Positions 28,479 to 43,189 are shown, counted from the stretch's first letter. The stretch: 64,000 nucleotides of DNA from Octopus sinensis (GCF_006345805.1 NC_043007.1:50592001-50656000); one strand, 5' to 3'. The notes: a model not told the origin generated them from the sequence alone. A program made the numbers and translations.

Positions 28479-28706
28479 TGGTTATTTTAAGTCGAATTCT
28501 ACAAATTTACAGTTTCCTCCGCTGTAAAGCAGATCTCATCGAGGTAATAATATCATATTGAATTTTGGTTAAAATGGAAACACTACACTTGTACCATTCC
28601 AATTTTAAAGGAAACTCGTATTAATGCTGCTATAATTGCGTTCAGTTCTGTAGTTTTGCTTGAAGTTTTACTCTGCCTACTCAACAAGCTAATTGTATAA
28701 CATGAA

Positions 28707-28752
<46 letters not shown>

Positions 28753-28860
28753 GTATGTATGTATTATGTACACACACATACACACATGTACACACACGCA
28801 CGCACACGCACACGCACAAACACATACACACACAGACACACACACACACACAAACACGCA

Positions 28861-28945
<85 letters not shown>

Positions 28946-29459
28946 TTACAACAAAGCTCTTGCATGTTTTTATGAACTAAGATGTAAGGAGTGAAGAATT
29001 TAACTACACAGAGCAAAGTACAAAAACACATGCCATTATAATCACCACCTAAGATATTCATGCCAATTCTACAATAAAAAGTGAAACGGTTAAGAAGAAA
29101 ATAAAAATACCAGCTGTAAATAAAATACAAGAATCTAACAAATATAAAAACTGACAAGGTTTATATATTTAGTTTCTTTTCTTTTCGTTGTTACCTTTTT
29201 TTTTATTATTCCGTTGCAATCATTGAAGCGGAAACATGAAAACTCTGGCCAAGTATTTGCTTTGTTCCAGCATTGCAGTAAGTTGCCGCTACAAGAGTTC
29301 TGGGTATTTTTATTGTTCCAGACTTTGGTTAGCCAAAACTGCACACAGCATGGCGTGCATAAGATAAACATACACATATTTACCATTGATTGCACAGTGA
29401 TGTGCGTATGTGTGAGTGTATGTTTGTGTGTGTGTCTATATGTATGTGTATATATATAT

Positions 29460-29524
<65 letters not shown>

Positions 29525-29938
29525 ATATGTACCAATGTTTGAGATTGATGTGTGTATGCGCGCGTGTTTGTATGCATACATATACTCACACACTCGCACA
29601 CGCACACACTCGCACACGCACACACTCGCACACGCACACACTCGCACACGCACACACACAACACACACATGTAATATATATATAAACACACTCATACATT
29701 TGTGTGTGCGCGCGCGTGCGTTTGTGTGTGTCTGTATGTGTGTACGCGCGCGCTCTCATCTGACACAAGCATCCTTAATATCGTACGTGAATATAACGAT
29801 TCAAACAGGATGCTACACATAACAGAAAAATGATGAAAGCACTCAAGAAGTGATGAGTGATGAGGTGTGAGATTTTTGTGTGAGTTTGTGCGTGTGTTTT
29901 TAATTTCGACTTCTATGATTATTATCATTATTATTATT

Positions 29939-30445
29939 GAGTGCGAGAGCAGTGCATGCCATCAAAGTGACACTGAGGTAAAATATACGAAGCCCAATAT
30001 ATCCATCATGACTACCCGTCTGCTAAGGATGCACCAAGCGCATGCGCCACAACCATATTTGCACGACATGGTGATTTCATATCAAGATAAACAGTGCGTG
30101 ACCTTGCAGGTGAGACCCAGTTGGAATTTTCTTCAAGTCGAGTAGCCCATCCCGCTCAAAAGGTCCCTGAATAAGAGTCGTTTATGGATGATGAACAAAA
30201 TACCAATGTTTCCAAAGGTGAATTATCCAAAGTCCAAAGAATTCCTCTCAACACATGGCTATGATGCTCCCCCACTACATCTGCTCGTGATCAGAGATGC
30301 ACATATCATCAGCCACTAAGAGACATGCTCAACTGGTTTAGGTGAAGCAACTGACAAGCAAATCTGTGGTATTGAGCAGAATATTTGCTGTAGACCATCT
30401 TTTATACAGACAAAACAATATACATGATAACACTTCCAAACAATT
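29939..30445 (+). mobile_element. Repeat family C, flanked by (ATT)n
   Basis: Homologous to the other family C copies. attatt runs lie on both sides. Confidence 0.88.
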
Positions 30446-30460
30446 TTATTATTATTATTA

Positions 30461-30531
<71 letters not shown>

Positions 30532-30579
30532 GATATTATTATTATTATTATTATTTATTATTATTATTATTATTATTGA

Positions 30580-30639
<60 letters not shown>

Positions 30640-30647
30640 TATTATTA

Positions 30648-30692
<45 letters not shown>

Positions 30693-30984
30693 CATTGTTG
30701 TGGTTGTTGCTGTTGTAATTTGGTCCGAGAAATAACATGGCTCTGGATATTATTTTTTCAGAGCGTGATAGTTTGGTTAGGGCGTTGACTTTGACTGTTA
30801 GCTTAAAGGTCTGTAGGTGGAAGAACTCAATACATAAGTACAAGTGCTAAGGTGAAACGTTTTGTGTGGTTAGGTTAATCAGTTTTCTAGAAATAAGAAG
30901 CAAATCATTAATGGTATGCTCTGGTTCAGAAAATGTTGGCACGATGTATCGTGTCATTTTATATATATATGCAGACGCAGTCGT

Positions 30985-31385
30985 GGCTGTGTGCTAAGAA
31001 GCTTGCTTTTCAACCTCATGAATGGGTTCGGTTCCACTTAGGCAAGTGTCTTCTGCTGTAGCCTCGGACTGACCAAAACATTCTGAGTTGATTTGGTTAT
31101 CGGAAGCGGAACAAATCCGTCGTATCTGTGTGTGTGCGTGTGTGCGCGCGTGCGTGTATGTGCGTGTGTGTGTCTTTGTATTTGTCTTTGTCCCCCACCA
31201 CCACTTGACAACCGGCGTTAATGTGTTTACGTCCCAGTAACTTAGCAGCCTGGCAAACGAAACCGATAGAACGAGTACCAAGCTTTTAAAAATTAAGTAC
31301 TAGGGTCGATTCATTCGGCTAAAACTTCTTCAAGGCGGTGCCCCAGCATGGCCGTAGTCGAATGGGTGAAGCAAATAAAAGAAAG
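30985..31385 (+). mobile_element. SINE family B, near full length
   Basis: gtggctgtgtgctaagaagcttgc..., (TG)n centre, then ggcggtgccccagcatggccgtagtc...gaagcaaataaaagaa. Confidence 0.8.
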
Positions 31386-32289
31386 ATTCTTGCAATAAAA
31401 TATACTTAAAATGGTCAAGGCTAGAAAAACCTTAATCTTAAGTCAGCTTGATTAAGGTGGACACAGGAAAACAGTAACTCATTGTGGATAGAATGAGGGT
31501 TTCCACATGGTTTTTAGTTAAGAGGACATTACTTAAGGTAAGCTAACTTGCATAAGGCTTTACGGGTAAGACACTTAAGATATAAGAATATATGAGAGTG
31601 GTGAATCTGATGGCCAACAGTTTGTTAATTCTAGAACTTTGTTGCTGCCAAAAGTCAGCTCTCATCTAGAAAATCTGTAGTTAAAAACGAAATTCTCATC
31701 AGATTAGTCCTAATGAGTAGCTCTGTTTAGCACTGTTCCCTGAGAGTTCTTTGTATTTAGCAACTATCCATTCAGTTGCAAACATTTAGACCAGTGAAAG
31801 GATGAATTAGCTTTCACCAAGGACTCATTATTTCATAAGTGCGTGTGTTTACCATTGGTCTCTCTACAAGGTCATCCACATCTGCTGCGAGTTAACTTGA
31901 AAATTGCAAGCATAAAATATAACCTTCATTTAATTATGGTAATCTCGGCCTGATGATTAACTAAGTTGAGCTCTCTTGTTGAGTAATTGTTGCATCAGAC
32001 GATCAAGTAGCTAAGAAACGTATGTAGCCTGCATTTTATCCGTTCCATTCCCTCAATTTGGATGTATAGATATGTGTATATGTGTGTGCGTGCGTGCGTG
32101 TGTGTGTGTTTCTGGGAATACATTATCTATGCATGTATCCAGGATTACATTATATGTCATACACATTTGTATTTGGGGCTACATCACCCATTCTGTGCTT
32201 TCTAGATAACTGCATTGTTTCTTGCCAGGTAAACTGAAATCGGACTGTTCAATGGAAAATTCAAACGTAACTAGTAACTTCTTTTGGAA

Positions 32290-33135
32290 TTCGACAAAAT
32301 TTGGTATCATGTTGCTATCAAGTGCCTGCACAAAAAAGTCTTTAGCCCACAAAAACTTTCATTCTGACAAGGACGCTATATTAAGGGATGACGCTCTAGC
32401 TTAATCAACAGTGTAGAAGTGGGTAGCTGAATTTAGGTCAGAGATGGAGAATGTTGAAGATGACTCAAGGTCTGAACTTAGCATGACGAAAATTATATTC
32501 GGTGGACGTTATGTCTTCTAAAACATAATCAAAAGTGCACCACGCTGATCACACCACGGAAAATTCTGACATTGTTTGATGCAATTCCAACTGGTTTCCT
32601 TAAACGTTTCCTAAGAGAAGATATGTGTTGGATTTATCACTTTGAGCCAAAGAAAGTGACTCAATCCATGTAGTGGAGTCACCTCTCCTCATCTCCTAAG
32701 CAGGCCCAGGTTGCTTTATCTGCAGGGAAGGTGATGGCCTCAGTTTTTGGGGATGCGAAAGGCATTGTTTTATTGACTTGTAAAGGCATTGTTTTATTGA
32801 CTTGTAAAGGACCACAACATCAATAGAGAGCACTATGCCAGCCTGCTGATGCACTTATGAAATTTTATCAAAACCAAACACCCAGGAACATTGAGTAAAA
32901 GAGTCTTGTTTCATCAGGATAATGTTCCATCACACAACTGCTTGGCTTCAATGACTGCTGTGTGTGACTGTGAGTTTGACCTGGTTGATAGGCTTCCCTG
33001 TTCTCCTGTTTTCAATCCACCTGACTATCATCTGTTCCCCAAAATGAAAAAATACATGGCTGGAGAGCAGTATTGCAGTGATGATGGCGTCATATCTGCT
33101 GTGGATGACTGTTTGACCAACAGGATGAATTTGTT
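32290..33135 (+). mobile_element. mariner-like transposase pseudogene
   Basis: Across frames: KIWYHVAIKCLHKK; KWVAEF; WIYHFEP; GKVMASVF.DAKGIV; LFHQDNVPSH; CSPVFNPPDYHLFPKMKK (a degenerate YSPDLAPSDYHLF motif). A local ~24-bp tandem duplication (aaaggcattgttttattgacttgt) lies at ~32758-32805. Confidence 0.88.
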
Positions 33136-33459
33136 TCTTTTCACGTCACACACACACACACACACACATACACACACACACACACAAAAGAATGTAATGC
33201 CATTCTCACGAATACCAAAACTAGTAAAATTCATACACTAGGAATATCCACTCGAAGAAATAACATTTTTCAAACAGCATAAAACGAGAAAATGCAGAGG
33301 GACTTTACAAAACACTATATTTCAACTATCCAGAATGTGTGGCCTCCTCGCTAGCACACAAAAATTCCTCAGGAACAGTTTGTAACCTGAACAATAAAGG
33401 GTGGTATATGGAGGGTGATGATCAGGGATATAGACAGCCTGATCAATATCAGATCAATT

Positions 33460-34340
33460 AAGGTGCGAGCTGGCAGAATCGTTAGCACACTGGGCAAAAT
33501 GCTTAGCAGCATTTCGTCCGAGTTCAAATTCCGCCTTGGTCGAATTTGCCTTTAATCCTTTCGGTGTTGATAAAATTAAGTACCAGTTGAATATTGGTGT
33601 CGATGTAATCAACTGACCACCGCCTCTGAAATTGCTGGCATTGTGCCAAAGTTTGAAACCAATTTAAGAAGAAACTTTAATGTTTATATTTTTTTGTTTT
33701 GTGTATGTGTGTATGTTTTTTATTATTCTTTTTTATTTATTTGCACACAGCTTTTCCCTTTTACAACATTTGAATTCGTCCAAATTATCGAACCACCTCC
33801 ATCGTCTTTGTGTAACTTTTACTGTTTTACTTCACACATTTTTGTAAGTCCCATATTGAATGTTAATTTTCTTTTCTGGGATCAATATAACCAGCTAGTT
33901 CGTCTCCCCAAATTTCAGGCCTAGTGCCTAAAATAGAAAGGATTATTACTAAGGCGGTGCGTTGACAGAATCGTTAATACGTTGGACAAGATGCTAAGCG
34001 GTATTCTCTCCGGCTCTTCACTTTTCTGCGTTCAAATCCTGCCAAGGTCAAATTTGTCTTTCATCTTCTTGGAGGTCAATGAAGTAAGTACCAATCAAAT
34101 ACTAGAGTCGATACAATGGACTAACTACCTTTCCTCAAAATTACTCGCCATGTACCAAAACTAGAAAGAATTATTATTTTTACTAACGATGGCAAAGGTT
34201 TGGTAGAATTACTCTTCTGAGTCCAAATCTTCGCAAAGGATAACTTTACCTTCACTCGGTAAAGTGAAGCACACGCCAAGTAATAAATGCCATTTAATCC
34301 ACCAACAACCTCCCCCGCCAAATTTCAGGCTTTGTGACTA
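33460..34340 (+). mobile_element. Cluster of family A SINE copies and fragments
   Basis: Heads at 33460 and 33951, plus tail fragments aaatttcaggc at ~33910 and ~34320. Confidence 0.7.
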
Positions 34341-34744
34341 CTTTCGAAACAGTTAATTTTATTATTATTCCTGCTCTTAAATCCTAAGGGGGAAAAAAAC
34401 CCTTGCAACAACATTACGGGTAACAAAAACAACGACGACAACAACAAATGCTTCACTTAGATAAAACTGACCTTTTCCAACAGTCTAAACAAATGGCAAA
34501 ATGTAAATAAACTAGAGATGCGATGGGAGGAGGGAGAATACAACTTCTACATTCTTTTCCACAAATTGTTCTACTCAATTTTTCCTAATGGTTTCTCTGT
34601 GTGTCTCTCACTCCCTCACAGCCACCCTCTCTCTAAATTTCTCTCCTCCTCTCTCTCTTTCCTTTGTGTGTGTGCGTATGTGTATGTGAGTATATAAATA
34701 TGTGTATTTGAGTGCGCGCGTGTATGTTTGTGTTAAGGCTTGTG

Positions 34745-35020
34745 TTATGGCGTGTGACTGAGCCGCTGGTGTATTCGGCTCAAGATCGTAGGGTCATGAT
34801 TGCGATAACTGGTGGCGAAGTGTACTCTTGAGCAAGACACTTTATTTCACGTTGCTCCAGTCAACTCAGTAAACACGAGATGTATCTGTATTTCAAAGGG
34901 CCGACCTTATATTCTATGTCATGCTAAATCTTTCTGAGAACTACGTTAAGAGTACACGCGTTTGTGGTGTACTCAGTCACTTGCATGTTAATTTCACGAG
35001 CTGACTGTTCCGCTGATCGT
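34745..35020 (+). mobile_element. tRNA-like SINE family E
   Basis: cttgagcaagacactttatttcacgttgctccagtc. The same motif occurs at ~58150 (ccttgagcaaggcactttatttt). Confidence 0.55.
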
Positions 35021-35044
35021 ATCTAGATAGACAGACAGGCAGAC

Positions 35045-35122
<78 letters not shown>

Positions 35123-35384
35123 ATATAGATGTAACGTACACGAGCAGGGATTTAAAATCCAGATAGGTACGTTATGAACACGCTGATACACTCCAGATCT
35201 AGCTAACCACGTCAAATGAGAATGAACATTCAGAATCGCTTAAGATAAACGGTACTTCTTCATTCGATAAGTAAATCCTGAACTTGCTTCGTTGTATTTC
35301 ATGTAACATACAGAGTGTATAATCAAGATATCATAATGAAGAATAGAGAGTTATACATCTTCAAAATATATCTATTAACAAGCA

Positions 35385-35785
35385 CAGGAGTGGCTGTGTG
35401 GTAAATAGCTTGCTTACCAACCACATAGTTCTGGGTTCATTCCCACTGCGTGGCACCTTGGGCAAGTGTCTTCTGCTATAGCCTCGGGCTGACCAAAGCT
35501 TCGTGAGTGGATTTGGTAGGTGGAAACTGAAAGAAGCCCGTCGTATTTATGTATATATATATGTATGTGTGTGTGTGTCTATTTATGTGTTTGTGTTTGT
35601 ACCGCCCCCCAACATCGCTTGACAACCGATGGAGGTGTGTTTATGTCCCCGTAACTTAGCGTTTCGGCAAAAGAGACTGATAGAATAAGTACTAGGCTTA
35701 CAAAGAATAAGTTCTGGGATCGATTTGCTCGACTAAAGACATCATGGTCACAGTCAAATGACTGAAACAAGTAAAAGAGTAAAAG
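35385..35785 (+). mobile_element. SINE family B, near full length
   Basis: caggagtggctgtgtggtaaatagcttgct...gaagcccgtcgtat, microsatellite, then cagtcaaatgactgaaacaagtaaaagag. Confidence 0.85.
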
Positions 35786-37269
35786 TATATCTTCTTAATT
35801 TCCATTTCGAGACGTGTTTCTGCTGGACCAGTGTTCTAGTGTCCTTTAATGTAGCAGATATGTACATTTACATGATTTATATTAAATCAATTGTGACACA
35901 TTCAAATCTAGAAGTTGACATTCCTTTAGATTTCCAGTGTTACCTCTTTCACTTGAACAGGGAGAACTCATCCAACAGAGATACAAAGGCTTTGCTTCTG
36001 TCTTTATTTCTTGCATGGTGCTAATGTCATTCATAAATGCACGTAAAGGTAAAAGAACCAGCTATCCTCTCATCTTCATTTCATCACCAAGTAGAGAAAT
36101 GGTAGACCCCCATCATGAACCCATCTAGCTCCTTTATTTAGCAGTTGGTCATAAACACTTTGATAGTAATCTGCACTGATACTGATAGATAGTACCACAT
36201 TAGACGCTCTTTCGTGCATCCTCTAATGCAAAATTAAAGAAATCCAACAAGAGATGCACATTCATTAGCCAACACAAACCAAACAAGGTAAATGTCTTCT
36301 CTTTCCATGCAGCCGTATCATGCTAAATGGAACTTTAATTTACTTGAGACAGATTTGGATAATGATATTTAGGGTTAATAATCCTATGACTCCATTTATG
36401 GATAGAAAGTTGACATCATTCTCAGCAATGCAACAAAAGACACTTTGCCTTCTACATTTATTTAGCAAGGAAACATGTAAGTTAGAATCATGAAACATTA
36501 GTAATATTTAACAATTGTATCAAAATAATATAAACTCTGCACACTGAATTGATTACGTCAACCTGTACTCTTGAAACAACTTACAACTTACAGTTTAAAC
36601 ACACACACACGTATACACATACATACGCACGCATGTGCGAACACTCACACACACATACACACACACAGACACGGACGCACGTGCTCACCCACGTACAACA
36701 CAAAAGATCCAAGTTTCTACCATTCAGTGTCTCAAGTTCCTTCAACTTCTTTATTTCTTTGGCGAAATTGCTTTGAATAAAAGAAAAAATAACAGCTCAT
36801 TGGGAAAGCCATAAAGTCAAGTACGAACACATAGTCATCCATACAATCACGTATACACACACATACACACATACATACATACATACATACATACATACAT
36901 ACATACATGAATACACACACGCACACACATACACACACATACACACATACATATATACATACACACATACACACATACATACACACATACACACATACAT
37001 ACACACGTACATACATACACACATACACACGTACACACATACATACACACACACATACATACAAGTATGCATTAAATCAGACCAGACGCAGTGAAAGAGA
37101 TAGATGAATTCATATATAAATAAACACATGCTTACATCATTTGAATTGACATTTGTTGAATAAATATGGAGGATAACAAGCTTTAGGAGATTCATTTGTG
37201 CAATCATACACATGACTAACCATATTCATAACCACAATCTATATCTCTCTCTCCCTCACTATATATATG

Positions 37270-37322
<53 letters not shown>

Positions 37323-37382
37323 ATTTATGCACACAAATGTGCATATGTATATGCATTTAAATATATATTATATATATATATC

Positions 37383-37442
<60 letters not shown>

Positions 37443-37661
37443 CATATATACATTATATATATATATATGAATGTATATATATATGTATGTATATATGTAT
37501 GTGTATGTATATATATATATATATATGCGCGCAGACATATATAGACGTGAGTATATAGATACAATCATATCTCTCGTTCTTTCTCTTTGTATTCATGTAT
37601 ACATACATACGTACATACATACATACATACATACATACATACATACATACATTCATACATG

Positions 37662-37703
<42 letters not shown>

Positions 37704-38419
37704 CATACACACATGTATGTATACACAGATACGCATATATGTGGGTGGCCATTTCTGTTTGTCAAATAGCCATTTCTCTATGAAATAAAAAGAATTAAAG
37801 AGGCAAAAAAAAAAAAGTAGCAAGGAAGCACAGACAACAACTAAGCCAACTGCAACATATTGTGATAGAGAAATAGTAAGATGTAATTATTTCTGCACAC
37901 AAGGTACTTTGTAGTCCCTAGTTGAACATGATGAATATCTAGTTTTTCTGCTAAAGTCATTATCATCAGCACAATATGGCGCCCCATGCTGAGCTGCATT
38001 GTTTAGTAGCGCAGCAAGGGACACACTAACATATTAATGACACCTACATACAGAATATGATTTACATAATAACACTGTCTTCATTCCAATCTTCGCATTA
38101 ATACATTCTTCTTCTTCTTCTTCTTCTTCTTCTTCTTCTTCTTCTTCTTCTTCTTCTCTTCTTCTTCTTCTTCTTCTTCTTCTTCTTCTTCTTCTTCTTC
38201 TTCTTCACCATCACCACCGCGATCACGACGACGACGACCACCATCAACATCATCATTATCATCATCATCATCCATCACTCTTCTCGTCTTCATAATCATC
38301 ACCACCACCACCATCACCACCATTACCACTACCATTATCCTGCTCCTCATCATCATCATATTTTTTTCTCTCCGTGTTATTGTCTGTATTACATGGTGGT
38401 TTGAGAAAAACATCAAGAG

Positions 38420-39400
38420 TTTCCTTTATCTGTATAAGACATAGGCACAGTTAGGAGACTAGAAATGTTGAAGGTTAACAAGGATGTTCAATGGGAAATA
38501 TATATACAGAAGTATGTTAGATTTAACAATGCTGTTTAAGGTTAACAAATGTGTGACAACGCCCTAACAATCTTTACAGGTTCCAGAATTCGTTTTCTAG
38601 AAGGCTATGTCTATCCTTAGATGTAATTTGTCAAAATCTTTACTTGTAGTGTTTGTTTCAAATGAGTTGCTAGCAATTCCTCAACAGCCATATATTTAAT
38701 TCAACAGTCCGTGTAATTCATTAGACTTTCATTTCGATTTTCAACAGCATTTTGGTCAATCGCTATAATTATGGTGATAGCTTTAATAGAGATTTCGATC
38801 AGATTTTCTCTGTTATTTGGTGATCTATCTGTGTGTTAAGGTTCTATAGCAATTTTTCATTTGAAAATTTTTAAGAGATTAAGGAAAAAAGGACAAAGAT
38901 TAGTTTTTCGAATTTATTGGTATTGGATGGTTTGACATAAGAAGGATAACTTGTGTCTTTGGTTATATTTTGTCGGGATTACCGTGGGACATTGTGAGGC
39001 AACATTGTAAATTATCTCTGGAATTACGTTACGCAGGTGATACAATTCTTCCGAAAGAAGCATTTGTCGTCTCTATTGGAGGATTTTGAAAATCCTCTTC
39101 AATACATCTCCTGATAATACCCACTTTATTAAACTTAATGATGGTTTGCTTTTGTTCAGATATTGTCGTTGATTCTGCTAACCATTCATATACATCCGGG
39201 CCAGTATTACCCATGTATTTACTTCACGAAAATATCGTAGGGCATATATAAGTGCATGAGTTTATAGTTGTTCAGCGTAGGCGGCCACTAATGGAGGCGA
39301 TCATATCATCAATATATTCATTAAGGTTGATTTCTTCACCTTCTCTAATGTTTATTGCAGCTGACCTTTGTACCTTCAAATATATTCACTACGGGTGATT
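38420..39400 (-). pseudogene. Degraded coding-like segment of unknown family, partly duplicated at 40350-40545
   Basis: Protein-like translation with stops and frameshifts (NIREGEEINLNEYIDDMIASI...GPDVYEWLAES...FGRIVSPA*RNSRD.IYNVASQCPTVIPTKYNQRHKLS). An ~170-bp homolog lies at 40350-40545. Confidence 0.35.
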
Positions 39401-40023
39401 TTTGCACACTCGATATGTTCACTGCTGGGGACCTTTTTCACTCTCAATATGTTCATTGTTGTTGCTGCTTTATAGTCAAATATTAGATGTTCAGAGTTCT
39501 TTTATGAAAAGTATATTCCTACAGATGTAATTAACGTGTTACCTTTATAGAAGCCATAGTCAAACAGTGCACGTAGCAGTCCTTCTAGGTTGGAGAGACA
39601 GTCGGCTACTTACATTACTTCCCGACACTCATACCGTCGATGTATAATATGGTCCAGTATTTCTTCCGAAATTATGCATACATACATTCTACCACGTTAT
39701 TTATTTTTTTTATTAGTAATGGGAAGTTATTGAACCTGTGACATACTCAAGAAGTATTAAGTTTAAGCTTTTAGACCTGGTCAGTTCTTTTCTTTAGATA
39801 TTGGCCATGTAAATGTTTTCTTCCCTTCTCTATAATATACACTTCTTCCATGAATAAACACCATTACACTTATGCGACTATAAATAATCACCTCCTATAT
39901 AAATATCTAGTCTTGCACATATGCAAGAAATCATCATCATCATCATCATCATCATTATTATTATTATTACTACTACTACTACTACTACTATTATTATTAT
40001 TATTATTATTATTACTATTATTA

Positions 40024-40071
<48 letters not shown>

Positions 40072-40085
40072 TATTATTATTATTA

Positions 40086-40345
40086 CTTTAACTTTTGTTG
40101 TAACTCCTGAAGTCTTGCAGGAGTAGCGGACTTGCTGCCTGCAGCCTACGGTACCATGATATCTGTTTTTTTCAAATATCTAATACTTTCCTGGTTATTC
40201 TGGCCGCACCAAGGAGACAAACCTTTTGCAACATGTCTACTGGGCACTCTATTCTGATTTCCATTATATTCCTCTTGATGCCTTAATTGGTACTATCTTC
40301 GCCTTCATCATTTTTCATAGCCAGCCTATTTCGTACTTCCTCTAG
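40086..40345 (-). mobile_element. R4/Dong-type (RLE) LINE 3' end
   Basis: KYEIGWL*KMMKAKIVPI...PVDMLQKVCLLGAARITRKVLDI*, then a short UTR and an (aat)n-rich tail at 39950-40085. Confidence 0.7.
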
Positions 40346-40589
40346 GACTATTCAAAAGCACGAAGATTATTTTCTCGAATTAATTGATATTGGACGGTTT
40401 GACGTATGTAGGATAACTTGTGTCTTCAGTTATATTTTGTCGGGGTTACTGTGAAACATTGTGATACAACATTGTAAATGTCTCTGGAATTACAAATCGC
40501 AGGTGTCACAATTCTTCCAAAAGAAACATTTGTCATCTCTATATATAGCACATGTGGTGCATCTTGTACACCACCGCTAGATCTGGGCT

Positions 40590-40760
40590 GTTATGCTCTA
40601 GCACCACTTCTGTTCGTGATCAGAGATGCACATATTGTCAGCCACTAAGAGACATGCTCAACTGGCCAAGCAACAGGAATGCAAATCTGTAGCACTGAGC
40701 AGGATATTTGCTATAGACCAAATTTTACACCAAGAAAAACCATGTAGATGATAACTATTA
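40590..40760 (+). mobile_element. Repeat family C, partial
   Basis: ctgttcgtgatcagagatgcacatattgtcagccactaagagacatgctcaactgg, followed by (att)n. Confidence 0.8.
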
Positions 40761-40785
40761 CTATTATTATTATTACTACTACTAC

Positions 40786-40843
<58 letters not shown>

Positions 40844-40876
40844 GTTGTTGTTGTTGTTGTTGGTGGTGGTGGTGTG

Positions 40877-40911
<35 letters not shown>

Positions 40912-40959
40912 TATTATTATTATTATTATCATTATTATTATTATTATTATTATTATTAA

Positions 40960-41248
40960 TATGTGATGAAAACTCACAGCTTTTTTTGCTGGGTATGATG
41001 GAAAGTGTCAGCCGTCCACAGCCAGCAGACTTAGGTGACACTTGTTTACTGCATCATGCTTCAAGAACTCAGCGAAGAATGCTTGCCGTTCCAAGCAATG
41101 CTGATTTTTGTAGTTGTTCTGCCTTCACACTTGCACCAATCTTTTTTCAGCCATGTTGGTAATTGAGTGCTGATATTTTCAAATGCACCTTCTGGGGTTT
41201 GCTCATACCACGTCTTTGCTCTTTGTGGACAAAGACGTGGTATGAGCA
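40960..41248 (-). mobile_element. R4/Dong-type (RLE) LINE 3' end, internally deleted
   Basis: KTWYEQTPEGAFEN joined to TWLKKIGASVKAEQLQKSALLGTASILR*VLEA*, then an (aat)n tail. Confidence 0.75.
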
Positions 41249-41452
41249 TTAAACGTCATTAAAATAAACTTACCAGATTGTTCATTTACAGAGTAGAGAA
41301 AAAGAGGAAGAAAGACAGAGAGAAAAAGTAAAACATAAAGATTAAAAAAGTAAACAAATAAAATTATGGGGGGAAAAGAATAGAAAATTCACAGCGACAG
41401 TACTCTTCTCAATACGTGTGACGTAGCGGTTAAGACAATCTTTTGCAACGTG

Positions 41453-41511
<59 letters not shown>

Positions 41512-41513
41512 CA

Positions 41514-41575
<62 letters not shown>

Positions 41576-41584
41576 TATTATTGT

Positions 41585-41985
41585 TATTCGTCGTTTGATA
41601 GTTTAAAGCAAATTTCTACTGCATCACTTGCTACTTCCTCCTCGGTGTTGCTGAGGTGTGTGTAGCAATGTATGTTCATTGTTTTGTAAGAGTTGGGGGA
41701 GTACAGAAGTTTTTTGTGCTTACTGTTTGTATTGTGTTTTAACACGAGTTGTGTTCTGTTGGGTATCCAACTTGTAGAGTGCCTGTTACGGTGGTTGATT
41801 ATTTTATTGGATATTAACTGTATAATATTTGTGGATTGTTTCCCATTTTTTAGATATCGTGTGGTCCTGGTATGGCTTCTGTCTACGTTTTTGTTCATGT
41901 TTTTCATACCCAATACTTCAATTATTGCTGGTATTGTTTTTACCTTCAATTTCTAGACTTTTGTACTTTAACAGTTTCTTCACTT
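41585..41985 (-). mobile_element. R4/Dong-type (RLE) LINE 3' end
   Basis: LKVKTIPAIIEVLGM, a degenerate match to the ..TIPV.VGALG motif, then a 3' UTR and an (aat)n tail at 41450-41584. Confidence 0.55.
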
Positions 41986-42071
41986 CTTTTTGAACAATAC
42001 TTTGGTCAGAGGTAGCTGCCATGACTATTTGTGTTTAGTGGTATTCTTAGCGAAAATATATTATTACTATC

Positions 42072-42149
<78 letters not shown>

Positions 42150-42167
42150 GTAGTAGTAGTAGTAGTA

Positions 42168-42203
<36 letters not shown>

Positions 42204-42563
42204 GTTTTTCTGGAATGCTACAAACTATCTAAATATATTTCCCTATACCAGCTGAATTCCATTACTACTTTATTTCATAATTTTCTTCGTCATTTTTTAT
42301 ATATATTTTATGCTTTTATTATTTTAATGTCTGTTCGCATCGTTTTCTACAGGTAATTTCCATCGTCCAGAAGTGATTGACATTCTTCTACCTGAAACTC
42401 TAGTTGTAGTTCTTGTTTTTCTTGTTGTTGGTGATGATGAGACGAATGGTGGCGATAATGATGATGATGATGATGAAGATGAGGTTGCTGCTGTTGTTGA
42501 TGATAATGATATTGAGGAGGATGATGATGCTGCTGATGATGATGATGAGGAGGAGGAGGATGG

Positions 42564-42609
<46 letters not shown>

Positions 42610-42996
42610 GGTAGTTGTGTTGATGGTGTTATACTTAATAACTTCCTCGAAACATTGTTGAAAATGATGCGTAGTTTCCTGCGTAGCTGAAGCATAGACA
42701 CATTTATACATATATCCACATAGACACGTAAGCATATACGTACCCAATGCATGCATTCATTTAAACATGCAGAACATAACATCTAATAAAAGTCCCGCAT
42801 CCTCTCGAATAGTCTTACGTAGTTCATCCCAAATAGAGGTGATTGCCAATATTTTAAAGAAGTGGATCTCTTGGAAAATGGTTGAAATTCTTTCCACGTG
42901 AAATGATCGGTAGCACTGCTGTTAATACACGGATAAACAAATAAAGAATATCCATCAAATGCAGTGCTGAGCACTCATTCTCGTTGCTCTGTACTA

Positions 42997-43076
<80 letters not shown>

Positions 43077-43189
43077 ATGTATATTTACTTGGAAATAGAT
43101 ACGTGGCGTTCAATCATGATAATATAAATAATATATATGCATATGTACATATATATATATATGTACATACATATATATGCATATACATA

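Noticed and set aside
35830-36560. Non-repetitive stretch with a minus-strand acceptor and an ~48-codon frame (ADYYQSVYDQLLNKGARW)
   Set aside because: No recognisable domain and no convincing donor.
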